From contig OY762897.2 of assembly GCA_963666515.2 (NCBI GenBank), positions 1,184,001-1,248,000 of the forward strand: DNA of 64,000 bases. Direction: 5' to 3'. The position numbers and the translations under genes were made by a program. How positions within the stretch are numbered: the stretch's first letter is position 1; every line of letters begins with the position of its first letter. Positions 10,870-21,586 of the stretch are shown here, in pieces. The notes under the pieces are model-generated. The model was given only the letters and a program-made list of their open reading frames with translations, made no database searches and was not told the origin of the DNA. The DNA comes from Candidatus Binatia bacterium. GTDB lineage: Bacteria > Desulfobacterota > Binatia > UBA9968 > JAJDTQ01.

Positions 10870-12462
10870 ATGATACACGCCCGCTACAGCCGCTGGAACG
10901 GCGCCCAGGAGAGGTCCCTCAGGCCGGACGACGTGTTCGACCAGCTCAACGAGCACCTGGACGAGACCGGCGACCTGCAGCAGTCCATGCGCCGCCTGAT
11001 GCAGCGCGGGATGGGCGAGGACGAGGAGCGGACCGCCGGCCTCGACGACCTGCTGTCACAGGTGGCCCGCGAGAAGCGGCGGATGTACGAGCAGTATCAG
11101 ATCCGCTCGGCCCTCGACGAGATCCAGGAAGCGTTGCAGGACATCGTCGCCAGGGAACGCGATACCCTCAAGCAGAAACCCGACCGGGCCGAGGCCGAGA
11201 AGAAGGACGAATTCCTCCAGCACCTCCCGCCCAAGCTGAGCGACGCCATCGAGCGGCTGGCCGGCTACGGTTTCGAGAACCCCGAGGCCAAGAAGGATTT
11301 CGAGGAGATCCTCTCCCAACTCGACAAGATCCGCCGCCTGGAAAACTACATTCGACGTGAAGGAAACCTCTTCAGAGGCCAGGAATCGTTGAACTTCGAG
11401 GAAGCCTCGGAGCTCCAGGAGCGTATGGAGGGCCTGCAGAAGCTGGAGGGCCAGTTGTCCAGCAGCCAGCCCAAGGACGTGGACATGGACCTGCTGAACA
11501 GCCTTCTCGGCGCCCAGGCCCAGGAGGACTACGAAGGGGTCATGCGGCTGGAGTCGTCGCTGGAAGACGGCGGCTACGTGGTGGACAAGGGCGACCACTT
11601 CGAGCTGACGCCGCGCGGGGTGCGCCGCATCGGCCAGATCGCCCTCCGGGACATTTACAAGCAACTGGCCCGGGACGCCGCCGGACGGCACCAGATCGCC
11701 CGTCACGGCTCCCAGGAGATGGTCCCCGAATCCAGCAAGCCCTACGTCTCGGGCGACCCCCTGAACCTGAACCTCAACGAGACGCTGCGGGCGGCCCTGC
11801 GTCGCGACGCGAAACTGCCGCTGAGTCTCGATCCGAGGGACTTCATGGTCTTCGACTCGCAGTACTCGACGCGGGCCGCCACGGTTCTGCTGCTGGACAT
11901 GAGCTGGTCCATGAGCTGGGACGGCCGCTTCGCCGCGGCCAAGAAGGTGGCCCTGGCCATGGAGTCCCTGTGCCGCTCCAAGTACCCCCAGGACTATTTC
12001 GGCATCGTCGGCTTCTTCACCCGGGCGGTGGAGTTGAAGGCGAAGGACCTGCCGGAAGCCACCTGGAACATGGGAGACCCGTTCACCAACCTCCAGGACG
12101 GGCTCCATCTCGCCATCGACCTGCTGAAGAAGCGGAGCGCCACCCGCAACCAGCAGATCATCGTCATCACCGACGGCCAGCCCACCGCCTACTGCCGCCA
12201 GGGACGGCTCTACTGCGAATGGCCGCTGAGCTTCGGCGGCATCAGCCAGCGCGCGGCCGAAGAGACCCTGAAGGAGGCCAAACGGGTCACCCAGCGGGGC
12301 ATCACCATCAACACCTTCATGCTCGACGACAGCCCGGTGCTGAAGGGCTTCGTGGACGAGATGACCCGGCTCAACAAGGGGCGCGCCTTCTACACACGTC
12401 CCGACCGCCTGGGACAGTACCTGCTCGTGGACTACCTGCTGGGCCAGCGGCGCAAGGTTTAG
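10870..12462 (+). CDS. VWA domain-containing protein (partner of upstream AAA+ ATPase)
   Basis: MIDAS DMSWSM, FTN, ITDGQPT. Confidence 0.85.
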   Translation: MIHARYSRWNGAQERSLRPDDVFDQLNEHLDETGDLQQSMRRLMQRGMGEDEERTAGLDDLLSQVAREKRRMYEQYQIRSALDEIQEALQDIVARERDTLKQKPDRAEAEKKDEFLQHLPPKLSDAIERLAGYGFENPEAKKDFEEILSQLDKIRRLENYIRREGNLFRGQESLNFEEASELQERMEGLQKLEGQLSSSQPKDVDMDLLNSLLGAQAQEDYEGVMRLESSLEDGGYVVDKGDHFELTPRGVRRIGQIALRDIYKQLARDAAGRHQIARHGSQEMVPESSKPYVSGDPLNLNLNETLRAALRRDAKLPLSLDPRDFMVFDSQYSTRAATVLLLDMSWSMSWDGRFAAAKKVALAMESLCRSKYPQDYFGIVGFFTRAVELKAKDLPEATWNMGDPFTNLQDGLHLAIDLLKKRSATRNQQIIVITDGQPTAYCRQGRLYCEWPLSFGGISQRAAEETLKEAKRVTQRGITINTFMLDDSPVLKGFVDEMTRLNKGRAFYTRPDRLGQYLLVDYLLGQRRKV

Positions 12463-12520
12463 CGTCGCCGAACAGCCTGATCGCGGAAGCGCTGGAGGGC
12501 AGGGCGCGACGGGGAACGTG

Positions 12521-15118
12521 ATGGAGCGGACACGGCTCACGCCCATGATGCACCAGTACCTGGAGATCAAGGATCGGCACCGGGACGCCATCCTGTTCTT
12601 CCGGCTCGGGGACTTCTACGAGATGTTCTTCGAGGATGCGGAAAAGGCGTCCAAGGTGCTCGACATCGCCTTGACCAGCCGCGGCCAGAGCAACGGCGCG
12701 CCGGTGCCGCTGTGCGGCGTGCCGCACCATGCCGCCACCCCGTACATCGGCAAGCTCCTGTCCGCCGGCTTCAAGGTGGCGGTGTGCGAGCAGACCGAGG
12801 ACCCCAAGCTCGCCAAGGGCGTGGTGCGGCGCGAGGTGATCAAGGTCATCAGCCCGGGCACCCTCACGGAGGGGGAGGGGCTCGACGCCGAGGTCAACAA
12901 CTTCCTGGCCGCGGTGACCGCGGCCCGCGACGAATACGGGCTCGCGTTCACCGACGTCACCACCGGCGAGTTCCGCTTCACCCAGATGAAGGGCTACGCC
13001 GCCCTGACCGGCGAGCTGGGGCGGATCCAGCCGCGCGAGCTGCTGGTTCCCGAGGCCCATTCCGCAGCCCTCGGCAGCCTGCGCGAAGACTACGCCGGCG
13101 TGCACTGCACGCCGGGACCGGACACGTGGTTCTCGGGCGCCGCGGTCCAGAGGCTGGACGGCGCCGGCCTCTACCGGGGGCCGCAGGACGAGTGGCCGCT
13201 GGGGGTCCGCGCCGCCGCCGCCATTCTGGCCTATCTGGAGGACCGCTCGCCCGGCGCGGCGCAGGTGTTGACCGGGCTGGAGCCCTATCGCGCCTCCGGG
13301 TTCCTCATGCTCGACGAGAGCACGCAGGCCAACCTGGAGCTGCTGCGCAGCTTCGACGGGAGCAGGCGGGGCTCGCTGCTCGGCGTCCTGGAGCCGCCCC
13401 GCACGGCCATGGGCGCGCGGGAGCTGCGCAAGTGGATCCTCTACCCGTTGCTGGACGAACACGAGATCCGCCGCCGGCAGGACGCCGTGGAGGAACTGCT
13501 GGACGATCCGGACGCGCGCCGGGGGCTTCGGGAGGCGCTCCGGGGCGTCCAGGACCTGGAGCGGTTGTCCGGCCGCATCGCCTCCCGGAGCGCGTCGGCG
13601 CGGGACCTGACCGCCATCAAGGACACGCTGCGCGCGCTGGAAGGGGTGCGCGAGCGCCTCGACAGGTGCCGTAGCGAGTTGCTGGCCGAGGTCCGGTCCG
13701 GGCTTCACGCGGTGCCGGAAGTGGTGGATCTGGTGGAGCGGGCGGTGGTGGACAGTCCGCCGGCCACGGTCCGGGGCGGCGGTTTCGTGCGCGCCGGATT
13801 CGACGAGGAGCTGGACGCGCTGTCGGCCATCCGCAGCAACGCCAAGGGCTGGATATCGGAGCTGCAGCACAGGGAGCGCCAGCGCACCGGCATCCAGTCC
13901 CTGAAGGTGCGCTACAACAAGGTGTTCGGCTACTACATCGAGGTCACCCGCGCCAACCTCGCCAACGTGCCGGAGGACTACCTCCGAAAGCAGACCCTGA
14001 CCAACGGCGAACGGTTCATCACGCCGGAGTTGAAGGACTACGAGGCCCGGGTGCTGGGCTCCGACGAGGAAATACTGAAGATCGAGGCGCGGATCTTCGC
14101 CGAGCTGCTCGACCGCATCGCGGTTCACCACCCTTCCATCAAGCAGTCCGGTCTGGCGCTGGCGAGGCTGGACACCTTGCTGGCGCTGGCGGAGACCGCC
14201 GAAAGCGGCCGTTTCGTCCGCCCGCGGGTGGACTCCAGCCTGACCCTCTCCATGCGCGGGGCGCGGCATCCGGTGGTGGAGGCAGTGTTGGGCCGCGGCG
14301 GCTTCGTCCCCAACGACTGCGAGATGGATTCCGAGACCACCCAGATCAAGCTCCTGACCGGTCCGAACATGGCCGGCAAGTCCACCTACATGAGGCAGGT
14401 GGCGCTGGTGGTGATCCTCGCCCAGATGGGCGGCTTCGTGCCCGCGGACTCCGCCCACGTGGGCTTGGTGGACCGCCTGTTCACCCGCTTCGGCGCCACC
14501 GACGCGCTGGCGTCCGGAGAGTCGACCTTCATGGTGGAGATGAAGGAGACGGCGCGCATCCTGCGCCTGGCCACGCCGCGAAGCCTCATCCTGCTGGACG
14601 AGGTGGGGCGCGGCACCAGCACGTTCGACGGCATCTCCATCGCCTGGTCGCTCGCCGAGTTTCTGCACGAGTCGCCGCACCGGCCGCGGACGTTGTTCGC
14701 CACCCACTACCACGAACTGACGGGCCTGGCGCGCACGCGCGAGCGCGTGAGGAACTTCAACTTCGCGGTCAAGGAGTGGCAAGGGGAGGTGATCTTCCTG
14801 CGCACTCTCAAGGAGGGTCCGGCCAGCCGCAGTTACGGCATCCAGGTAGCCGGCCTCGCGGGGTTGCCGGGTTCCCTCATCGAGCGGGCCAGGGAGATCC
14901 TCGGGAACCTGGAAGGCGAGGAGCTGAACGCCTGGGGACGGCCGCGGCTGGCGGGGGCCGAGCCGGCCTCGGAAGGGGTCCAGTTGGAGCTGTACGAGCC
15001 GCGCCCCGACGGGCTGCGGGAGAAGCTCCGGGACATCGACACCAGCGGTCTCACTCCCCTGGAGGCATTGAACGTGCTGGACGGGCTCGTGACGGAGGCC
15101 AGACGGGGGCCCGGTTGA
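12521..15118 (+). CDS. mutS: DNA mismatch repair protein MutS
   Basis: TPMMHQY, GDFYEMF, TGPNMAGKST, STFMVEM, DEVGRGTST. Confidence 0.97.
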   Translation: MERTRLTPMMHQYLEIKDRHRDAILFFRLGDFYEMFFEDAEKASKVLDIALTSRGQSNGAPVPLCGVPHHAATPYIGKLLSAGFKVAVCEQTEDPKLAKGVVRREVIKVISPGTLTEGEGLDAEVNNFLAAVTAARDEYGLAFTDVTTGEFRFTQMKGYAALTGELGRIQPRELLVPEAHSAALGSLREDYAGVHCTPGPDTWFSGAAVQRLDGAGLYRGPQDEWPLGVRAAAAILAYLEDRSPGAAQVLTGLEPYRASGFLMLDESTQANLELLRSFDGSRRGSLLGVLEPPRTAMGARELRKWILYPLLDEHEIRRRQDAVEELLDDPDARRGLREALRGVQDLERLSGRIASRSASARDLTAIKDTLRALEGVRERLDRCRSELLAEVRSGLHAVPEVVDLVERAVVDSPPATVRGGGFVRAGFDEELDALSAIRSNAKGWISELQHRERQRTGIQSLKVRYNKVFGYYIEVTRANLANVPEDYLRKQTLTNGERFITPELKDYEARVLGSDEEILKIEARIFAELLDRIAVHHPSIKQSGLALARLDTLLALAETAESGRFVRPRVDSSLTLSMRGARHPVVEAVLGRGGFVPNDCEMDSETTQIKLLTGPNMAGKSTYMRQVALVVILAQMGGFVPADSAHVGLVDRLFTRFGATDALASGESTFMVEMKETARILRLATPRSLILLDEVGRGTSTFDGISIAWSLAEFLHESPHRPRTLFATHYHELTGLARTRERVRNFNFAVKEWQGEVIFLRTLKEGPASRSYGIQVAGLAGLPGSLIERAREILGNLEGEELNAWGRPRLAGAEPASEGVQLELYEPRPDGLREKLRDIDTSGLTPLEALNVLDGLVTEARRGPG

Positions 15119-16224
15119 TACGTTTGCTGGCGTCGCTGTTGCTGCTGTGCAGCGTTGGCGCGGTGTCCGAGGCGTGGGCGGCGCGCCTCACGGGCGTGCG
15201 CCACCTGTCCTCGTCCAACTATACGCGGGTGATCCTCGACCTCACCGGCCGGGTGAGGTTCACGGTGCAGACCCTGGCGGCGTCTCCCAAGAAGGGTATT
15301 CCTCCAAGGGTCTACATGGATCTGGCGGGGACCCGTCTGGCGACGCGGCGGCGTCGCGTGGAGGTCGGGGACCGCCTGGTGCGGCGGGTCCGGCTCGCCC
15401 AGTTCAAGGCCGACGTGGTGCGGGTGGTGCTGGACCTCAAGCACCCGGGCAGCCACGACGCCGCACTGATGGCCAACCCGCACCGCCTCCTGGTGGACGT
15501 GGAGCGCCGCCGCGGGTCCGCGGCGCGCCGGCAACGGGCGGTGCGCAGGATCGTGCTGGACCCCGGTCACGGCGGGAAGGATCCCGGAGCCGTCGGCGCC
15601 GGCGGCCTCAGGGAGAAGGACGTGGTGCTGCGGATCGCCAGGAAGCTCGCGCCGAGGCTCCGGCGCGCCATGGGCGTGGACGTGGTCCTTACCAGGAAAA
15701 CGGACGTCTTCGTGTCGCTCAAGGCGCGCACGGCCATGGCCAACGCGGAAAGCGCGGACCTCTTCCTTTCCATTCACGCCAATGCCAGCCACAATCGCAG
15801 GGCGGGAGGGCTGGAGACCTACTATCTGGACAAGACCACGGACGAAGCCACCATGAAGCTGGCCGCCAGGGAGAACGGGACCGCGCGCCGCAACCTGACG
15901 GACTTGCAGATCATGCTGAGCGACCTCAAGCTGAGCGCGTACCTCAAGGAGTCCATCAGCCTGGCCAAGCACCTGCAATCATCGGTGGTGCGGAATACCC
16001 GGCCCCACTACCCGCGCGCCAAGGACCTGGGAGTGAAGAAAGGGTTGTTCTACGTGCTGGTGGGCGCGCGGATGCCGTCGGCGCTGGCGGAGCTGTTTTT
16101 CGTGAGCAACCGCCGCGAGGCCCGCGCGCTGCAACGCCCGAAGTTCCAGGACGCCATCGTCCGGGGACTGTCCCGCGGCATCACGGACTACGCCGACAGA
16201 CTGCGGCAGAGGGAGGGGTTTTGA
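15115..16224 (+). CDS. N-acetylmuramoyl-L-alanine amidase (AMIN + Amidase_3)
   Basis: Signal peptide, LDPGHGGKDPGA, EK, SIHAN; TTG start inferred. Confidence 0.9.
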   Translation: MIRLLASLLLLCSVGAVSEAWAARLTGVRHLSSSNYTRVILDLTGRVRFTVQTLAASPKKGIPPRVYMDLAGTRLATRRRRVEVGDRLVRRVRLAQFKADVVRVVLDLKHPGSHDAALMANPHRLLVDVERRRGSAARRQRAVRRIVLDPGHGGKDPGAVGAGGLREKDVVLRIARKLAPRLRRAMGVDVVLTRKTDVFVSLKARTAMANAESADLFLSIHANASHNRRAGGLETYYLDKTTDEATMKLAARENGTARRNLTDLQIMLSDLKLSAYLKESISLAKHLQSSVVRNTRPHYPRAKDLGVKKGLFYVLVGARMPSALAELFFVSNRREARALQRPKFQDAIVRGLSRGITDYADRLRQREGF

Positions 16225-16250
16225 GCGCGGGAGCGCGGTCGGGGGACGGC

Positions 16251-18980
16251 ATGCCCGACGTGGAGAACCACGCTGAAGGCCACGGAGCGTTCTGGCCGCG
16301 GCTCTCGGAGCAGCACCTCCGGAACCCCGTGGCGCGGGACGGGGTGCGGACCTACATCGACCTGGGGCGGCAGCGGCTGCTGGAGGCCCACCGGGCCGGG
16401 GCCTCGGGCACGGACGTGGTGCGGGCCCACGGGGAGATGGTCGATTGCCTCCTGCGGCGGCTGTTCGAGACGGCCGTGGACGAGTGCCGCGCTACGCGTC
16501 CGGGGCTCAAGGGCCGTTGCGCCCTGGTGGCCCAGGGCGGATACGGGCGGGGCGAGCTGAACCCCCATTCGGACATCGACGTCCTCTTTCTCTACGGTTG
16601 GCGCGCGGCCTCGTACGTGGAGTGCGTCGCCGAGAAGATCCTCTACCCCTTGTGGGACGCCGGCCTGACGGTGGGCCATGCCACCCGGACGGTGGCGGAA
16701 TGCGCGCGGCACGCACGGAGCGACCACGTGATCCAGACGGCCCTGGTGGACGTACGCCACGTGTGCGGCGACGCGCGCCTGTACCGGGACCTGGAGAAGG
16801 TGGTGTGGCGGCAGCTCAGCGGAAGCGCCCGCGACCGGTTCGTCGAGACCAAGGTCGGCGAGCACGGACGGCGGCGCCAGCGGTACGGCGAGTCGGTGTT
16901 CCTGCTGGAGCCCGACGTGAAGGAGGGCCAGGGCGGCCTGCGCGACATCCATTCCGCCATGTGGATCGCCCGCGCCAAGTGCGGCGCCGTCGGGCTCCGG
17001 GACCTGCCGGGAACGGGCCTGCTGGAGCCCCGGGATACGGCCGCCCTGGAGCGCGGGCGGGACTTCCTCTGGCGCACCCGCAACGAGTTGCATTTCCTGG
17101 CCGGACGGCACCAGGACCGGCTGACCTTCGAGTCCCAGGAGCACGCCGCCCGGGAGCTGGGTTTCGAGCGGGAGGAGCGGTTGAGCGAGGTGGAGACGTT
17201 CATGCGGTCCTACTACCTGCACGCCGAGGAGGTGAGCCGGCTGTCTTCGCTCGTCATTCACCGCGCGGTGGAGCACGACCCCTCCCGGCGCAGGCGGCCC
17301 CGGCCGGGGCGCGAGCTGCGTCCCGGCGTGCGGATCGTGGGACGGACCCTGGCGGCGGCGCCCGAGAACGGCGTCGAGCGCGGTCCCGAAGAGTTGCTGG
17401 GACTCTTCGCGGACCTGCAGAAGTACCGGCTGAGCCTGGGGCAGGACTCGCAGGAGATCGTCAGGGCGCGGGTGAAGGCCACGGGAGAGGAGTTGCCGGG
17501 CTCGGCCGCGGCCAACCGCGCTTTCCTCGGCATCCTGCGCGGCAACGAGTGGATCTACGAGACCCTGCTGGAGATGCATCGGGCCGGGGTGCTGGATGCC
17601 CTGGTCCCCGAGTTCGGCCGGGTGCGCTGCATGGCGCTGCACGACCTCTACCACATCTATACCGTGGACCAGCACCTGATGCGGGCGGTGAAGGAGTTCG
17701 AGCGGCTGCGCTCGGGGGAGTTCGAGGATTCGCTGCCGCGCCTGTCGCAGCTCGCCCGGGAGGTGGAAAGGCCGGAGATCCTGATCCTTGGCATCCTGTT
17801 CCACGACATCGGCAAGGGGCAGGGCGGCGGCCATTCCGAGCTGGGACGGGTGATGGCGCTGGAGGCGGCGCGGCGCATGGGCCTCAACGTGGACGAACAG
17901 GACCTGCTGGCGTTCCTCGTGCTTCATCACCTGCTGCTCACGGGCACGGCTTTCCGCCGCGATATCCAGGACGAGAAGACCGTCGCGGACTTGGCCGACA
18001 TCATGGGCAGCGCGGAGAACCTCAAGGCCCTGTACGTGCTGACGTACTCGGACGTGAAGGCGGTGGGGCCGGACGTGTGGAACACCTGGAAGGCGTCGTT
18101 GCTGGAGGAGCTGTTCAGCCGCACGCTGGAGGTCCTGGAGGAGCGCGAGAAGGGCGAGTCCGGCCGGCCGGACCAGGACCTCAAGGTGCGGCGGATACAG
18201 GACCGGCTCATGGCCCGGCTCGACGCGGAACACCCGGCGGACGAGGTGCGGCGGGATTTCATCGAGGCCATGCCCGGGCGCTACTTCCTCACCACTCCCG
18301 AGGAAGCCATGCCGTTCCACTACCGGCTGCTGCGGCGGCTCCGGGGCGAGCCGTTCCTGGCGGCCGTGTTCCACCATCCGGAGCACGGCCACAGCGAGGT
18401 GGCCATCTGCGCCCAGGACCAGCCCGGACTGTTCGCGTCCATCGCCGGCGTTTTCGCCGCCATGGAGATGAACGTGCTGAGCGCGCGCATCAACACCCGC
18501 CGGGACGGCCGCATCCTCGACGTGTTCCGCATCTCGCACCAGGGCAGGGCCGAGGTGCTCATGGACCCGGGGAAGTGGTCGCGCATGGAGCTGACGCTGG
18601 GGCGGGTCCTGAAGGGCCAGACCGGCGTCGCCGAGCTGGTGGCCCGGTCGCGGCCGGCGTTGTCGCGGAGGCCAGCGGTGAAGGCCCCCACCCAGATCCG
18701 CTGGGACAACGCCGCGTCGGATGACTTCACCATCATCGAGGTCTACACCCGGGACCGGCCGGGGGTTCTCTTCACCATCACCTACCTGCTCTCGAAGCTG
18801 GAGTTCTCCATCCACCTGGCCAAGATCTCCACCGACGTGGACCGGGTGGCCGACGTTTTCTACGTCGCGGACGCGACGGGGAAGAAGATCCTCGACGAGG
18901 GACGCCTGGAAGGGTTGAGGGATGCCCTGCACGACGAACTGGACCCCGAAGATGACCGACGAGCTTACCCGGCCGGTTGA
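16251..18980 (+). CDS. glnD: [Protein-PII] uridylyltransferase
   Basis: GGYGRGELNPHSDID, GGLRD, HIYTVDQH, HDIGKG, two ACT domains. Confidence 0.95.
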   Translation: MPDVENHAEGHGAFWPRLSEQHLRNPVARDGVRTYIDLGRQRLLEAHRAGASGTDVVRAHGEMVDCLLRRLFETAVDECRATRPGLKGRCALVAQGGYGRGELNPHSDIDVLFLYGWRAASYVECVAEKILYPLWDAGLTVGHATRTVAECARHARSDHVIQTALVDVRHVCGDARLYRDLEKVVWRQLSGSARDRFVETKVGEHGRRRQRYGESVFLLEPDVKEGQGGLRDIHSAMWIARAKCGAVGLRDLPGTGLLEPRDTAALERGRDFLWRTRNELHFLAGRHQDRLTFESQEHAARELGFEREERLSEVETFMRSYYLHAEEVSRLSSLVIHRAVEHDPSRRRRPRPGRELRPGVRIVGRTLAAAPENGVERGPEELLGLFADLQKYRLSLGQDSQEIVRARVKATGEELPGSAAANRAFLGILRGNEWIYETLLEMHRAGVLDALVPEFGRVRCMALHDLYHIYTVDQHLMRAVKEFERLRSGEFEDSLPRLSQLAREVERPEILILGILFHDIGKGQGGGHSELGRVMALEAARRMGLNVDEQDLLAFLVLHHLLLTGTAFRRDIQDEKTVADLADIMGSAENLKALYVLTYSDVKAVGPDVWNTWKASLLEELFSRTLEVLEEREKGESGRPDQDLKVRRIQDRLMARLDAEHPADEVRRDFIEAMPGRYFLTTPEEAMPFHYRLLRRLRGEPFLAAVFHHPEHGHSEVAICAQDQPGLFASIAGVFAAMEMNVLSARINTRRDGRILDVFRISHQGRAEVLMDPGKWSRMELTLGRVLKGQTGVAELVARSRPALSRRPAVKAPTQIRWDNAASDDFTIIEVYTRDRPGVLFTITYLLSKLEFSIHLAKISTDVDRVADVFYVADATGKKILDEGRLEGLRDALHDELDPEDDRRAYPAG

Positions 18981-19869
18981 CCTGTTCATCGAGATGTCAG
19001 CCGTGGAGCGGGGGTTGGCGGCCAACACCCTGGAGGCCTATAGCCGCGACCTGAACCGCCTGGCGGAGTTCCTCTCGCGGCGCGGCGTCCGCGCCTGGGG
19101 GGACGCCGGCAAGTCGGACCTGAGGGCGTACATCGCCGATCTCAGGGACTGCGGGCTGAGCGAGCGCTCGGTCGTGCGCCTGTTGGGCAGCATGCGGCGG
19201 TTCTATCGCTTCCTGCTCAAGGAGGAGTTGGTATCGAGCGACCCGCTGCCCGAGTTTTCGTCCCGCGGCGCCGCCGGCCGCCTTCCCGACACCCTGGGCA
19301 GCGCGGACATGCGCGCGCTGCTGGAGCAGCCCGAAGAAGCGAAACCCCTGGGCGCCCGGGACCGCGCCATGCTGGAGTTGCTCTACGGCAGCGGACTGCG
19401 GGTCTCGGAGCTGGTCTCGCTGACGCTCAGGCAGGTCAACCTGGAGGGCAACTACCTGACCGTCAAGGGGAAGGGGGCGAAGGTGCGCCTGGTCCCGTTC
19501 GGCCGCTGGGCGCGGGACCGCCTGCAGCGTTACCTCAAGGAGGTCCGCCCGCGCTTCCTGACGCGCGGTTACAGCGACTACGTGTTCCTCACGCGTTCGG
19601 GCAAGCCGCTCACGCGCCAGGGGTTCTGGAAGCTGCTGCGCGGATACGCCCGCCGGGCCGGGTTGCAGCACCGCGTCACCCCCCATACGCTGCGCCATTC
19701 GTTCGCGACCCACCTGCTGGAGGGAGGCGCCGACCTGCGCGCGGTCCAGTCGATGCTCGGGCATTCGGACATCGCCACCACCCAGATATACACCCACGTG
19801 AGCCGGAGCCGCATCAAGAAGGTCCACCGGCAGTTCCATCCCCGCGAGGCCCCGGACGCCAAGCGTTAG
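18952..19869 (+). CDS. xerD: Site-specific tyrosine recombinase XerD
   Basis: LYGSGLRVSEL, TRQGFW, HTLRHSFATHLL, LGHSDIATTQIYTHV. Confidence 0.93.
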   Translation: MTDELTRPVDLFIEMSAVERGLAANTLEAYSRDLNRLAEFLSRRGVRAWGDAGKSDLRAYIADLRDCGLSERSVVRLLGSMRRFYRFLLKEELVSSDPLPEFSSRGAAGRLPDTLGSADMRALLEQPEEAKPLGARDRAMLELLYGSGLRVSELVSLTLRQVNLEGNYLTVKGKGAKVRLVPFGRWARDRLQRYLKEVRPRFLTRGYSDYVFLTRSGKPLTRQGFWKLLRGYARRAGLQHRVTPHTLRHSFATHLLEGGADLRAVQSMLGHSDIATTQIYTHVSRSRIKKVHRQFHPREAPDAKR

Positions 19870-19929
19870 CGGCTTCCGGGACGCGGAAGCCGTGTTGTGT
19901 TTTCGCAACGCGTCACTTAAAAATGTCCA

Positions 19930-20586
19930 ATGCCTCAAGAGTTCCTGTGGCAGTTGTCCATCTGGGCGTTCCCGGTCCTGGTGGCCATCGTCTTTCACGA
20001 GGTGGCCCACGGCTGGGTGGCTTACCGATTGGGCGATCCAACCGCCGCGGTCATGGGGCGCCTGACCCTGAACCCCTTGTCCCACATCGACGTCATCGGA
20101 ACGGTGCTGCTCCCGGCCCTGCTGATCTGGGCCGGCGGGCCGGTGTTCGGCTACGCCAAGCCGGTCCCGGTGGACTACGGCAACCTGAAGGATCCGCGGC
20201 GCGACATGATATGGGTGGCGCTGGCGGGGCCGGGCGCCAATCTCATTCTGGCCGTCCTGAGCCTGATGCTGGTGAAGTTCATCCTGATGGGCGGGGGCGT
20301 GGTGACCGGCTCGGTATCCGAGTACCTGTGGTACATGTGCCTGACCAGCGTCCGCATCAACGTCATGCTGGCGGTGTTCAACGTCCTGCCGGTGCCGCCG
20401 CTGGACGGGGGCCGGGTGCTGGTGGGCCTTTTGCCGGAGCCGCAGGCGATGCAGGTGGCCCGCGTCGAGCCCTTCGGCCTCATCATCGTGGTCGCGCTGC
20501 TGATGACCGGAGCGTTGACCTACACGCTGGTGCCGATCATGGACTTCGTGGTCTGGTTTCTGGCCGTCCTCGTCGGAGTCGTGTAA
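19930..20586 (+). CDS. Site-2 protease family (M50) membrane metalloprotease
   Basis: HEVAH and NVLPVPPLDG motifs; precedes trpS. Confidence 0.92.
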   Translation: MPQEFLWQLSIWAFPVLVAIVFHEVAHGWVAYRLGDPTAAVMGRLTLNPLSHIDVIGTVLLPALLIWAGGPVFGYAKPVPVDYGNLKDPRRDMIWVALAGPGANLILAVLSLMLVKFILMGGGVVTGSVSEYLWYMCLTSVRINVMLAVFNVLPVPPLDGGRVLVGLLPEPQAMQVARVEPFGLIIVVALLMTGALTYTLVPIMDFVVWFLAVLVGVV

Positions 20587-20596
20587 GCTGAGACCC

Positions 20597-21574
20597 ATGG
20601 AAACCATCGTAAGCGGGGCGCGCCCCACCGGACTTCTTCACCTCGGTCATCTCCACGGCGCCCTGCGCAACTGGGCCGCATTGCAGGAGAGCTACCGCTG
20701 CTTCTTCTTCGTCGCCGACTGGCACGCGCTGACCACCGACTACCAGGCCCCGGACAACATCACGGAAGGGACCCGGGCCATGGTGGCCGAATGGCTCAGC
20801 GTCGGCCTCGACCCGGCAAAGTGCACCATCTTCCGCCAGTCCGACATCAAGGAGCACGCCGAGCTTCACCTCCTCCTGTCGATGCTGACGCCGGTGTCCT
20901 GGCTGGAGCGGAATCCCACCTACAAGGAGCAGTTGCGGGAGATCAGCGAACGGGACCTGTCCACCTACGGCTTCCTCGGCTACCCGGTGCTGCAGGCCGC
21001 GGACATCATCATGTACAAGGCCCACCGGGTGCCCGTGGGCGAGGACCAGGCCCCCCACGTGGAGTTGACGCGCGAGATCGTCCGCCGGTTCAACAGCTTC
21101 TACGGCCCGGTCTTCCCGGAACCGGAAGTGCTGCTTACGGAGACCCGGCGGCTGCCGGGCCTGGACGGGCGCAAGATGAGCAAGAGCTACGGCAACTCGG
21201 TGCTGCTCTCGGATACTCCCGAGGCCATCGACCGGAAGCTGAGCCGCATGGTGACCGACACCGCGCGCGCCCGGCGGACGGACCCCGGCGAGCCGGAGAA
21301 GTGTCCGGCCTTCAACCTGCACAAGATCTACTGCACTCCCGAGGAGATCCAGGAGGTGTCCGAGGGATGCCGCAGCGCCGGCATCGGCTGCCTCGACTGC
21401 AAGAAGGTGATGATCCGCCACGTCATCGACGACCTGGCGCCGTTCCGGGAGAAGAAGGCCCACTACGAGAAGCGTCCGGACGACATCCGCGACGTGATCG
21501 CCGAGGGCAACCGGGTCGCCGGCGAGCAGGCCGCGGAGACCATGAGCGAGGTGCGGTCGGCGTTGACGCTCTGA
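20597..21574 (+). CDS. trpS: Tryptophan--tRNA ligase
   Basis: HLGH, YPVLQAADI, VPVGEDQ, KMSKS. Confidence 0.97.
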   Translation: METIVSGARPTGLLHLGHLHGALRNWAALQESYRCFFFVADWHALTTDYQAPDNITEGTRAMVAEWLSVGLDPAKCTIFRQSDIKEHAELHLLLSMLTPVSWLERNPTYKEQLREISERDLSTYGFLGYPVLQAADIIMYKAHRVPVGEDQAPHVELTREIVRRFNSFYGPVFPEPEVLLTETRRLPGLDGRKMSKSYGNSVLLSDTPEAIDRKLSRMVTDTARARRTDPGEPEKCPAFNLHKIYCTPEEIQEVSEGCRSAGIGCLDCKKVMIRHVIDDLAPFREKKAHYEKRPDDIRDVIAEGNRVAGEQAAETMSEVRSALTL

Positions 21575-21586
21575 GCGGCTCCGGTC

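Noticed and set aside
18952-19869. Tyrosine recombinase as a prophage or island integrase
   Set aside because: XerD-type motifs and housekeeping context; no mobile cargo nearby
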